A DNA stretch of 27,464 nucleotides. Source: Octopus sinensis. Taxonomy: Eukaryota. Below are positions 11,039 to 22,417 of this stretch, one piece after another. The notes beneath the pieces were generated by a model. The model had not been told where the DNA came from. It did not search any database and worked only from the letters and a program-made list of their open reading frames with translations. How positions within the stretch are numbered: position 1 is the first letter of the stretch; the number at the start of each line of letters is the position of its first letter. The position numbers were made by a program, and so were the translations under genes. Where the stretch lies: positions 1-27,464 of the forward strand of contig NW_021827596.1 of NCBI RefSeq assembly GCF_006345805.1. Direction: 5' to 3'.

Positions 11039-11135
11039 GGTAATGATGATGGTAATGTTTATGAAGATGGTGATGACGATGATAATGATGATAATGATGA
11101 CGATGTTAATGATGAAAATGATGACGATGATGAAG
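10590..11135. repeat. (GAT)n-based degenerate repeat with a five-copy higher-order motif
   Basis: AATGTTTA(T/A)GAAGA at 10759, 10818, 10875, 10982 and 11054. Confidence 0.9.
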
Positions 11136-11274
11136 AAGAAACTTAGATGATATTCGCGAGTCGACTGGCTGCAAATATTCTGATAAAGCTCCCTCGAAGC
11201 TGCACCTATTAACTTCGTTGATTGCGATGCTAATTGGGTATTTGAAGCTGAGCCAAAAATATAACCAGAAACAC

Positions 11275-11280
11275 ACCCAT

Positions 11281-11311
<31 letters not shown>

Positions 11312-11345
11312 CACACACACACGCACGTGCACGTGTGCACACATG
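11275..11345. repeat. (CA)n microsatellite
   Basis: Direct reading. Confidence 0.9.
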
Positions 11346-11871
11346 CATGAACACGCACATATGACCTTAAACAATAGAAACCCACAACAACAAGAACAAG
11401 AACAGCAGCAAGAACAGCAGCTTCCACACAATAGCCACACCGCGGTTTACATCAAACGGATGCTTTAATTTATTTTCCCCTTTTATTTTTAATTCCATTT
11501 ATAAAGAATACGAACAAAACAAAAGACAAGACACCAGAGACAATATGGCAGATGTTTTAGACTAAAATAAAGGCATTTATTCCTTGCCGCTATTAATTTT
11601 GTTGTTGCTGTTGTTGTTGTTGTTTATTAAATATTGTTGTTATTTATCTGGTTGTGTCCAGTTAACAACTTATCCCATCTTATTTCGTTCAACCATATCA
11701 GCTCCGGGGGATTCGTTTAATCTTCTCTCCTTCATATACTCCACCATACAGCACAGCATAAGCACCCAACAGTTTTCTTAATGTATTTTTTGCCGTTTGT
11801 TTTTTTTGTTGTTTCTTATTTGGCATTGTTTGTCACACCGACTATCGATTAAGAGGAAATATTTGGCATGA

Positions 11872-12039
11872 GGCGTAGGAGTGGCTGTGTGGTAAGTAGC
11901 TTGTTTACCAACCACATGGTTCCGGGTTCAGTCCCACTGCGTGGCATCTTGGGCAAGTGTCTTCTACTATAGCCTCGGGCCGACCAAAGCCTTGTGAGTG
12001 GATTTGGTAGACGGAAACTGAATAGAAGCCCGTCGTATA

Positions 12040-12074
<35 letters not shown>

Positions 12075-12304
12075 GCATGTGTGTGTTTGTGTGTCTGTGT
12101 TTGTCCCACTAGCATTGCTTGACAACCGATGCTGGTGTGTTTATGTTCCCGTAACTTAGCGGTTCGGCAAAAGAGACCGATAGAATAAGTACTGGGCTTA
12201 CAAAATAATAAGTCCCGGGGTCGAGTTGCTCGTTTAAAGGCGGTGCTCCAGTATGGCCGCAGTCAAATGACTGAAACAAGTAAAAGAGTAGAAAAGTAAG
12301 AGTA
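11872..12304 (+). mobile_element. SINE family A, full length
   Basis: GGCGTAGGAGTGGCTGTGTGG (A box), GGTTCAGTCCC (B box), internal (TA)n(TG)n and tail GAAACAAGTAAAAGAGTA. Confidence 0.92.
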
Positions 12305-12334
12305 TATAATATCGGTGATAAGGCGGAATATATA

Positions 12335-12711
12335 TTAATGATGATGGCGATGAGGACGACAGCGGCGACGAGGACGACAGCGCTGACGATGACCATGGTG
12401 AAGATGATGATGAGGATGATGATGACGATGAGGAGGAGGAGGAGAAGGAGGAGGAGGACGACGACGACGACAACGATAGTGATGATGGTGGTGGTGGTGG
12501 TGGTGGTGGTGGTGGTGGTAGTGATAGCGATGGGGATGTTCACGATGGTGACAACAGCAATGATGATGATGGTTTTGAAGATGATGAAAATGATGATGAC
12601 AATGAGGAGGAGGAGGCGGAGGCGGAGGGGGAGGAGGACGACGATGACGACGTCGATAGTGATGATGGTGGTAGTGATAGCGATGGTGATGTTGGCAATG
12701 ATGACAACAGC

Positions 12712-12774
<63 letters not shown>

Positions 12775-12890
12775 AACGATGATGATGAAGATGATGAGGA
12801 GGAGGAGGAAGCCCACGACGACAACGATGATAGTGATGGTGGTGGTATGGTGGTGATAGTGATAGTGATGTTGACGATGATGACATCGGG
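12335..12890. repeat. GAT/GAG/GGT compound repeat with three ~180-210-bp higher-order units
   Basis: The same ordered blocks recur at ~12400, ~12577 and ~12787. Confidence 0.85.
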
Positions 12891-12994
12891 GAATTTGGAT
12901 GTCAACATTCGTTTAAGAGATATTATATACTTGTTTCAATTTATAGACATTGCCTGGACCAATCATTGGTCGAACATATCTCAGTTTTTCTAAG

Positions 12995-13149
12995 TTTATA
13001 TTATATATATATATATATATAATATATATAATATGAGAGAGAGAGAGAGAGAGAGAGAGATGTGGTGTATGTATATTTCTACATATATATGTATGTGAGT
13101 ATGTATGTATGTATCTCTCTCTTTCTCTCTCTGTATATATTTATATATA
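12995..13149. repeat. (TA)n/(GA)n/(TC)n microsatellites
   Basis: Direct reading. Confidence 0.9.
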
Positions 13150-14320
13150 CGAGGAGCGTTCAATAAGTAATGCCTCTGACCCACTTGGCGTTGATTGATC
13201 TAGCTGAGATTTTGCATGTGTAATTATTATATCTTTATAGATTAAGTGGCAAATTACAGCTCCGAACTAATAGTGGTTTCTGATTTACGGTGGTTTTGAA
13301 ATGAGTCAAGTGGAAATGGAGCCTTTGGAGTGTCGAGAAGTGATCCTTTTTTTGTATTTGAAATAACGCACACCACAGGAGACTTCTGATGAAATAAAAT
13401 AGCTTATGGTGATGATGCCCCATCATATGACCTTGTAAAACGCTGGCATCGTGAATTCAAACATGGTCGGAACTCTGTGTGAAACAGCTCCCACATCTGG
13501 TCGTACCCCCTTCTGCCATGATGAGGGCATCTGTCCGTCAAGTTGAGGCTGCCATTTTGGAAGATGGACGCATAACTATTCGCCAAATAGCCCATGAGGT
13601 CAAGATTAGTACCGGGTCTGTGGAACTATCATTCATGACCATTTGCATATGCAAAAGGTGTCTGCCAGAGGGATTCCCAGGTTGCTCACACTTTTCCTGA
13701 AGCAAGAACGCGTCGAGTGCTCAAGGATGAATTTAGGATTGTCCAAGAAGATGAGTCAAAATTTTTCAAAAGACTGATTACACAGGATGAGACCTGGGTC
13801 CTTCACCATGATCCATGAGACCAAAACCCAGTCAATGCAGTAGAAGCACCATGACTCACCTCCTCCAAAGAAGGCAAGGGTGAAGCCCTCCCTGGCAAGT
13901 CATGCTCACAGTCTTCTGGGACCCAGGAGTGAGTATGATGACAGATTTCCTGGCAAAGGGTACACAATTACAGGAGCCTATCATGCTTCACTTTTTGAGG
14001 AAATTAAGAGAAGCTATCAAAACCAAGAGGCGGGGGCAAGATCACCAAAGGCATCCTCCTCCTGCGACAACGCTCCGGTCCTCAACTCGCGTGTCGCCAG
14101 ATCAGAAGCACAGCGCTGCTCTGAACACTTCCCCCATCCCCCTACTCTCCTGACCTTGCACCCTCTGCACCTACCCTCCATGAAGTGTTTTTGAAAGGAA
14201 AGCGTTTTCCAGATGATGCAGCCTGATTCTGAAGTCACGTCGTGTTGGAGGACCAGTGCCTTCTATGAAACGTTCTCCAGAGCTGTATTCAAACGACTGG
14301 GAGAAATGCTAACTCTGGGT
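13150..14320 (+). mobile_element. Mariner transposon, near full length, disrupted transposase (ATG ~13301), 3' TIR missing
   Basis: TA|CGAGGAGCGTTCAATAAGT terminus. Frameshifted translation gives AYGDDAPSYDLVKRWHREFKHGR, RITIRQIAHEVKIS, KVSARGIPRLLT, LITQDETW, GK.MLTVFWD, LRKLREAIKTKRRG, DNAP, HPPYSPDLAPS and WEKC.TLG, consistent with a D,D34D mariner. Confidence 0.93.
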
Positions 14321-14413
14321 TTGTTCCCATGCTGAAAACGACTATCTTGTGCCATTTCGTTGCTCTACTACTATGGAATGGGTCAGGGCCATTACTTATT
14401 GACCCCCTCGTTA

Positions 14414-14595
14414 TAGCCGTTTTTCGTCTGCCGTTTACCTCTGAGTTCAAATTCCGCCGAGTCGACTTTGCCATTCATCCTCTTGGAGTCGATAATAAAG
14501 TACCAGTCGCTCTGGGGTCGATGTATCGACTTAATCCCTTTGTCTTTCCTTGTTTGTCCCCTCTATGTTTAACCCCTTGTGGGTACAAGAAATAT
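14414..14595 (+). mobile_element. SINE B1, 5'-truncated
   Basis: B box GAGTTCAAATTCC and B1 tail TTAATCCCTTTGTCT...CCCCTTGTGGG..AAGAAATA. Confidence 0.85.
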
Positions 14596-14648
14596 TATTA
14601 TATAGTTAATTAGTTAATTTATGTTTTTGGTATTATCTACAGCAGAGT

Positions 14649-15078
14649 GGCGCAGGAGTGGCTGTGTGGTAAGTAGCTTGTTTACCAACCACATGGTTCC
14701 GGGTTCAGTCCCACTGCGTGGCATTTTGGGCAAGTGTCTTCTACTATAGCCTCGGGCGACCAATGCCTTGTGAGTGGATTTGGTAGACGGAAACTGAAAG
14801 AAGCCCGTCGTATATATGTAATATATATTATGTGTGTGTGTGTGTGTGTGGTGTTTGTGTGTCTGTGTTGTCCCCCTAGCATTGCTTGACAACCGATGCT
14901 GGTTGTGTTTATGTCCCCGTTACTTAGCGGTTCGGCAAAAGAGACCGATAGAATAAGTACTGGGCTTACTAAAGAATAAGTCCTGGGGGTCGAGATGCTC
15001 GATTAAAGGCGGTGCTCCAGCATGGCCGCAGTCAAATGACTGAAACAAGTAAAAGAGTAAAAGAGTAAAGAGTAAGAG
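14649..15078 (+). mobile_element. SINE family A, full length
   Basis: Highly similar to 11872-12304, with a different internal microsatellite. Confidence 0.92.
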
Positions 15079-15769
15079 CAGAACTAAGAAATCTGTTTCA
15101 TGTAATGTTTAATTTCTACTCCCATTGCCATTTAGTAGTTGGTGTTATAACTCCATGATTTCACCCCGTGTACTTACTTAGCAGATCCAGTAGAAATTGA
15201 ACCACCCTGGAAAAAATAGCAATTCCATCTGTTGCATTTTATTGGCAAATTTTATTTTTTGAGGGGGAAAACACATGCGTTGAACTAATGAAATTTTTCA
15301 GCTTTCTATGGTTTTCTCTTTCAAATCCGTTCTTGAGAATAGCTTCTTCTTTCACGTTTATTTTCATTTATATAATAAACCTTATTCAGCGTTTTACACG
15401 TTTATTTTATGAGTCACTGGGATGCGTCCATGCAGGAGCGATGTATTTTTAAAACCTTTTTTTGCTATTAAGCATTCTGGTTCGGACTTAATTTAGCGTG
15501 TATGAGGCACGCTATGGCTTTTCTTTCATTCATTCGGGTTTTTTTTTACCCTTGTTTTCTTAAATGTTTTTTGGTTTCGTTTTTCGTTTTACTTTTCTGA
15601 TGGTGCTTTTATATTTTTATGTGGGGTGTTGGGGGTTGTTATTAAAGCAATACAAAAGTAAGCAGAAACCTCGACTGTGAAGTAATTAGCTCTAGCATTA
15701 CACTTTGCATGATATTCGTAAACCTTATCGTGTGTGCTTCGATTCCTTCTCTGTATCTCCCTTATTCAA

Positions 15770-15979
15770 ACATGTATACATACATACATATGTATATATA
15801 TATATACATATATATACATATATATAGAGAGATACATGTATATACATATATTGATACATATATATATGTATATAAATACATGTTTATATATATACTCTGT
15901 ATATATAATATATATATATTATATAATATATATTTAATAATACGTATATGTATGTATGAATATATATGCATATATGTTT

Positions 15980-16019
<40 letters not shown>

Positions 16020-16171
16020 GCATATATAAATATATATATATATATGTGGGTGTGGTGTGTGTGTGTATGTATATATGCACACATACAAATATATATGTAT
16101 ATTTATGTATATATTTATATATAATTTATATATTTATACACAATATATATATGTATATACACACACGCCAC

Positions 16172-16210
<39 letters not shown>

Positions 16211-16290
16211 TCTATAATATATACATATATACATATATATATATACACATATATATACACATATACACATGCATAGATATATATGGATAT
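15770..16290. repeat. Long degenerate (TA)n/(TACA)n microsatellite
   Basis: Direct reading. Confidence 0.9.
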
Positions 16291-16629
16291 GCGTATACGT
16301 GGTGCCGCATACAATTCGGTTGGTGTTGTCATTGCGGTTCTTAGGGTTGTTGTTGTTGTTGTTTTTTCTACAATGATATCAAAACCTGATTTATAGCAAG
16401 GTGGGGACGTGGGGGCTGGGAACGGAATGCGATGAAGTTCAGCCTTGTTCATGTCATGAATAACATAACACGCAACCGGAGAATCTAAATCGAATCCCAA
16501 ACTCAGACCAGCAAGAATTTATTAACACACAAATACGATACAGGCTAATTTGGATACATGCTAATTAGGATAGTCTTACTTCTCGCTGTTGCTCCTCCCG
16601 CCGCTACCCTGCAGTTGTTTTTTCATGAC

Positions 16630-16633
16630 ATTC

Positions 16634-16666
<33 letters not shown>

Positions 16667-16794
16667 GTGCTGGTGGTGGTGCTAGTGGTGGTAGACGTGG
16701 TGGTAGTGGCCGTGTTGTTGTCGATGGTAGCGACGATGCCGATGATGATGATGATGGTGGTGAAGGTGATGGTGATAATGATAATGTTGACGAA

Positions 16795-16826
<32 letters not shown>

Positions 16827-17410
16827 TGATGATGATGGTGATGGCGTTGATGATGATGATAATGATGACGATGATGATGGTGGTAGACGTGGTGGTAGAC
16901 GTGGTGGTGGTGACCGTGTTGTTGTGGTGTAGGTAGCGATGATGGCGATGATGATGATGATGGTGGTGGTAGTGATGATGGTAATGATGATGGCGATGAT
17001 GATGGTGGTGATGGTGATGTCGACGGTGGTGATGATGATGATGATGATGATGGTGAAGGTGGTGGTGGTGGTAGTGGTGCTACTGGTGTTGTTTGTGGTG
17101 ATGATGACGATAATGATGATGATGATGATGATAATGATGATGATGATAGAGCGAATGCTATGTTGATGATGATGTTGATGCTGTTGATAAAGATGATGAT
17201 GGTGAATAGGACAAGGAAAAGGAAGAGAAGAGGAGGAAAACAAGGAGGAGGAAGATGAGGAGGAGGTGGAGAACAAGAGGATGCTGTTGATTTGATGATA
17301 ATGATAACGGTGGTTATGTTCGTGACGTTTTCGGTAGTTGTGCTGTTGGTGTTAAATATGATGATGATGAGGATGACGATGATGATGATGATGGTGGTGG
17401 TCATGATGGG
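16630..17410. repeat. GAT/GGT/GAG compound trinucleotide repeat
   Basis: Direct reading. Includes a ~200-bp-period internal duplication. Confidence 0.9.
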
Positions 17411-18021
17411 AAACAATAATCTAATAAATATTCTAATGGCGTTTACAGTGATGAACCTGTTAATATCCTTACGAGAGTTTCAGAAAGTAGTAAAATAAAA
17501 TAAAATAAAATAAAATAAAATAAAATATTTGAAAAAAAACAAAAAAACACGTAAACAATAAAAATTGACTTCACATGTCAATGGAAGCAGGATATTGGAA
17601 CACCCAGTAGAATTCTATTGTGCGATAGAAAATAATAAAAAAATGGCTGCAAAACAACAACAACAACAACAACAACAAAAACTAGGCAAAATACTGAAAG
17701 AAAACGGCGAGAAGCAAGCGAAAATTTATTGAATCCTAAAAATGGATATTTTAAAGAAAAGGGATCACAATGTGAAGATGTGTAAAGTGACTGAATACCC
17801 CAGGTGTAGAATTAACTGGAAATAGAATGTCATCCACACTATTACGAAAGAATTCTTTCTTTCTTTCTTTTTTTCCTTATTTATTTATTTATTTATTTAT
17901 TTATTGCATGTTGAACAGTTTCCTGTCTTGAAAATTTGGAAATGCCAATGTCAAGTTGTGCAAAGAGGAGGAAAAAAATACCCGATGAAACGCATGAGGT
18001 GAACTGAAAACAACATTAGTG

Positions 18022-18117
18022 AAATTAATAATAATAATAATAATAATAATGATGATGATGATGATGATGATATTAATAGTATTAATAATAATAATAATAA
18101 TAATAATAATGATAATA

Positions 18118-18160
<43 letters not shown>

Positions 18161-18180
18161 TAATAATAATAATAATGATG

Positions 18181-18227
<47 letters not shown>

Positions 18228-18228
18228 G

Positions 18229-18274
<46 letters not shown>

Positions 18275-18305
18275 TAATAATAATAATAACGATAATAATA
18301 ATAAC

Positions 18306-18357
<52 letters not shown>

Positions 18358-18389
18358 GTAATAATGATAATAATAATAATAATAAAACG

Positions 18390-18431
<42 letters not shown>

Positions 18432-18483
18432 TAATAATAATAATGATATAATAATAATAATAATAATAACGATAATAATAATG

Positions 18484-18535
<52 letters not shown>

Positions 18536-18565
18536 GAAAATATAATAATAATAAGAAGAAGAAGA
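18022..18565. repeat. (AAT)n/(GAT)n microsatellite, ~540 bp
   Basis: Direct reading. Confidence 0.95.
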
Positions 18566-18951
18566 AAATATAAAGACCTACTCATTGAAATTGAGAAAAT
18601 GTGGCATTTCAAGGCGGTTACAGTACCAGTGATCGTAGGAGCACTAGGAATGATCAAGAAGGGAACCGAAAATTATATGAGAATGATCCCTGGCTTACCA
18701 TCCCTGCAAGAAGTGCAAAAGATTGTCTTAACTGTACATCACACGTATTGAGAAGAGCATTGTCGATGTGAGAACTGTTGCTGCTCATGTATTTTAATTT
18801 AACATTAGAAAAAAAAAAAAAAAAAAAAAATGAACGAACTACTGAGTTTGGTTTAATGGCCTACCAATATACACTATGAGTTTCTTTGCCCTAGGAGTCG
18901 GGAAGACACTCGGCAAGAAATGGAAGGAAATTTGAAAGAAGAAAAAAAAAA

Positions 18952-18952
<1 letters not shown>
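18566..18952 (+). mobile_element. 5'-truncated R4/Dong-like non-LTR retrotransposon (RLE C-terminus plus 3' UTR) within (TAA)n
   Basis: KYKDLLIEIEKMWHFKAVTVPVIVGALGMIKKG...LQEVQKIVLT/TSHVLRRALSM* (stop 18769-18771, one frameshift). This is the typical end of RLE-clade ORFs. The 3' UTR runs into (TAA)n at 18953. Confidence 0.8.
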
Positions 18953-19043
<91 letters not shown>

Positions 19044-19047
<4 letters not shown>

Positions 19048-19597
19048 GCCCTGATGCAGTACCAGGCAGTGCTCTCATGGCTTTGATCTTAACTGATTGG
19101 AAGTGTTATCATGTACATTGTTTTGTCTTGGTATAAAAGATGGGCTACAGCAATATTCTGCTCAATACCACAGATTTGCTTGTCAGTTGTTTGACCGTAA
19201 CCAGTTGAGCATGTCCCTTAGTGGCTGACGATATATGCATCTCTGATCACGAGCAGAAGTAGTGGGGGAGCATCATAGCCATGTGTTGAGAGGGATTCTT
19301 TGGGGTTTGAATAATTCACCTCTGGAAACATGGGTGGTTCTTTCAACATCCTTAAACAACCCTTATTCAGGGACCTTTTGAGCAGGATGGGCTACTCAAC
19401 CTGAAGAAAATTCTAACTGGGCCCCACCTGGAAGGTCATGTGCTGTTTTTTTTTATATGAGATCACCATGTTGCGCACATATGATTGTGATGCATGTGCC
19501 TGGTGTACCCTTATCAGACGGGTAGTCATCTGGGTATATTGGGCTTCGTATATTTTACCCCAGTGTCACTTTGATGGCATGAACTGCTCTCTCACTC
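19044..19597. mobile_element. Unclassified ~550-bp interspersed element, copy 1, flanked by (AAT)n
   Basis: Begins AAATGCCCTGATGCAGTACC and ends CTCTCTCACTC. Second copy at 19630-20129. No tRNA boxes, TIRs or ORF recognised. Confidence 0.75.
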
Positions 19598-19628
<31 letters not shown>

Positions 19629-19629
19629 G

Positions 19630-20129
19630 AAATGCCCTGATGCAGTACCAGGCAGTGGCTCTCATGGCTTCTGATCTTAACTGATTGGAAGTGTTATTGA
19701 GCAAATATTCTGCTCAATAACACAGATTTGCTTGTCAGTTGTTTGACCTTAACCAGTTGACCATGTCCCTTAGTGGCTGACAATATGTGCATTTCTGATC
19801 ATGAGCAGAAGTAGTGGGGGTGTATCATAGCCATGTGTTGAGAGGGACTTTTTGGGGTTTGAATAATTCACCTCTGGAAACATGGGTGGTTCGTCAGCAT
19901 CCTTAAACATCCCTTATTCAGATCTTTATTCAGGGACCTGAAGAAAATTCGGGATGGCTACTCGACCAGAAGAAAAATCTAACTGCAAGGTCATGCGCTG
20001 ATTATCTTGATATGGTTGTGATGCATGTGTCTGGTGTACCCTTATCAGACGGGACGTTATGATGGGTATACTGGGCATCGTATATTTTACACCCATGTCA
20101 CTTTCATGGCATGCACTGCTCTCTCACTC
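19630..20129. mobile_element. Unclassified ~550-bp element, copy 2 (internal deletions and rearrangement)
   Basis: Same two termini as copy 1. Lacks a ~40-bp segment near 19698 and is rearranged near 19915-20010. Confidence 0.75.
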
Positions 20130-20180
20130 AATAATAATAATAATAATATAATAATAATAATAATAATAATCCTTTTTTTA

Positions 20181-20311
20181 ATAAAGGAACAAACTTGAAA
20201 TTTTGGGGCAAGGCGGCTAGTCAATTACAGTGACCCCAGTGCTCAACTAGTTCTTATTTCATAGACACCGAAAGAATGAAGGGCAATGTCCACCTTCGCA
20301 GAATTTGAACT
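20181..20311 (-). mobile_element. Degraded B-type SINE 3' part (head missing)
   Basis: GACCCCAGTG..CAACTAG..CTTATTT, GAAAGAATGAAGGGCAA and GAATTTGAACT match the B body. Confidence 0.65.
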
Positions 20312-20842
20312 AGGGAAAATAAGTGTATAGTTGTATTTCAAAGAGCCAGTTTTGTCACATTCTGTGTCATGCTAAATCTCCCTGAGAACTAATTTAAGGG
20401 CACTGGTACCTGTGGCGTGCGAGATACACACACACACATACATGCATGAAAGTATGTATGTATGTACGTATGTATGTATGTACGTACATATGTATGCATG
20501 TATGTATGTATATATATGTATCTATGAGTGTGAGTTTGTTTTGATTTCTGTCTTCTTGGCTTAGCATTGGGTGATTTTTGCAAATATATGCCATTCGTTT
20601 CTAATTGTCTGCGAAAACTTGTCTGGTCATACAATGTTATTACCTCCCATGGAAACTTGTAAGGGTTGTTGGCAGCATGAACATCAGCCGTAGAAAATAT
20701 GCCACAATAAACATCGTCCGACACATAAACATATAAATGTGGTTGTTAAAACGATGACAATGTCTTCACTATTGATGAGGTGGAAGAAGAGGAGGTGGAG
20801 GAGAAAGAGGAAGAAAATAAAGAAATACTCTGCATTAATATT

Positions 20843-21048
20843 GGCTTTAAATTTTGACACAAGGCTAGCGAATCCAGGGGAGTGATTATATCGACCCCAG
20901 CGCTCATTTAGTACTTACTTTTATCGACTGCGTGATACATTGGAAGGCAAAGTCGGCGTCGACGGAATTTGAACTCAGAACGTAAAAACGGACGACATGA
21001 CGCTACGCAATTTATCCGGCGTGTTAACGGTTCTACCACCTAGCTGCT
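20843..21048 (-). mobile_element. SINE B2, diverged
   Basis: Tail AAATTTTGACACAAGG, B box (GGAATTTGAACTC on the plus strand) and a degraded head. Confidence 0.75.
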
Positions 21049-21186
21049 TTCAATGCTGCATATTTATATTACCATTATTTTCGTGACACTCCCTTTGATA
21101 TATAGCCTCGGTTACAAGTAGGTCAAACACACATGCATACATACATACATACATACATACATACATACATACATCATACATACATA

Positions 21187-21749
21187 TTGGGTTGTCCGGA
21201 AAGTTCGTGCCGATTTATAGTAGCTTACATTTCGACTTATTTTAGAACATGGTTGAGTCCGTAAAATAGGATTTGACTACACCTTCATTTAGAGCACAGT
21301 TTAAGCTATCTTTTCGTAGAAGGTTTATGTTCCTATAACCTGTGTTAATTCTGTAACCCTTTAAAATGGAAGATAAGAAAGTTCATTTTCGGCAGTTGAT
21401 GCTTTGGGAACCAGACAAAAATTGCTGCAGCTCGGTTAGGATATGCTACCCCACTCTCCATATTCAGCAGATATTGATCCTTCGGATTTCCACTTATTCA
21501 GGTTTCTGCAGAATAGTCTTAATGGTAAAGATTCCAGTTCATTGGATAATGTAAAAAGATACCTTGATGAATTATTTGACATGAAACCACCTCAATTCTG
21601 AGAAGAGGGTATTTTCAAGTTAAAGGAAAGATAGAGACGCATTGTGCAACAAAATGGTTCATATTTGGTTGATTAAAAATGTAATGGCAAGTATTTATTG
21701 ACCTTTTTCTTTCCTTTAAAAATCGACATGAACTTTCCGGACAACCCAA
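21187..21749 (+). mobile_element. Internally deleted mariner (563 bp) with both 30-bp TIRs and TA TSD, inserted in (TACA)n
   Basis: TIRs TTGGGTTGTCCGGAAAGTTC(G/A)TG(C/T)CGATTT, 2 mismatches. N-terminus MEDKKVHFRQLMLW (21366) is joined near 21408 to RQKLLQLG*DMLPHSPYSADIDPSDFHLFRFLQNSLNGK...ER*RRIVQQNGSYLVD* (stop 21674-21676). Confidence 0.95.
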
Positions 21750-22417
21750 TACATACATACATACATACATACATACATACATACATACATACATTCATAC
21801 ATCCATCCATCCATATATATTTGATATATCTATAACGGACTAAATGCTAGACAGAAATATTACCAAATCGGACCAGTTAAACGATGTAGAAAGAAACCAA
21901 TTATAATTCCATATAAGAACTTTATAAAACCAACAATAGAAATAAATCATGAGAGTCAAGAAAATGTTAGCAATCTAGACAAGTGCTCAGTAGCTCTGCA
22001 CTTTTTCTCCTGTCATTGAAATTGCAATCTTTTTCTATGACTTACACACTTAAATTATTTATTTTGCCCTAGACTTAATACATCACTCTTTTGGAAACGT
22101 TGTATTATAACCCACACGACTGACTGACTGACTTAACTGACACACGACCTTCAGCATTAAAGTTGAACAGTTGAAGAAACCTTTGAATGAAGATGTTTCT
22201 CTCTGTTTGTGTATGTACTTGCGTATGACGGGGATGTAATGTTGAAGAGACAGGAATAACATGAAGAATGAAAGACGAAATGAAGAAGCAGAAAAGCTAA
22301 AAGATAAAATGGAAAAGAACCAAACACACGCACATGTACGTGTGTGTGTGTCTGTGTTTGTGTGTGTGTATGTGTGTGTCTTAGATTTGACTGTCAGGTG
22401 AAAGAGTCCTCCATACC

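Noticed and set aside
12109-12908. Long ORFs (235, 183, 172 aa) rich in His, Ile, Met or Ser
   Set aside because: They are translations of stop-free trinucleotide repeats. They are open in several frames on both strands and have no domain content.
16558-17416. ORFs of 124-244 aa (poly-Asp/Gly, poly-Ser/Pro)
   Set aside because: Same artefact of GAT/GGT repeats. No splice or homology support.
17951-18657. Poly-Ile, poly-Tyr and poly-Leu ORFs
   Set aside because: These are (AAT)n translations. Only the last few codons overlap the antisense of a retroelement.
20650-20770. Possible decayed 3' tail of an RTE-type element (CAGCCGTAGAAAA...GTTAAAACGATGA)
   Set aside because: Too degraded, and there is no second copy in the window to confirm it.
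21412-21676. Stops in the mariner relics fall at apparent Trp positions (TAG/TGA), so A-to-I editing could in principle restore TGG
   Set aside because: TGG to stop is a common single transition and is subject to ascertainment bias. The element lacks most of the catalytic domain, so rescue would give no functional protein.
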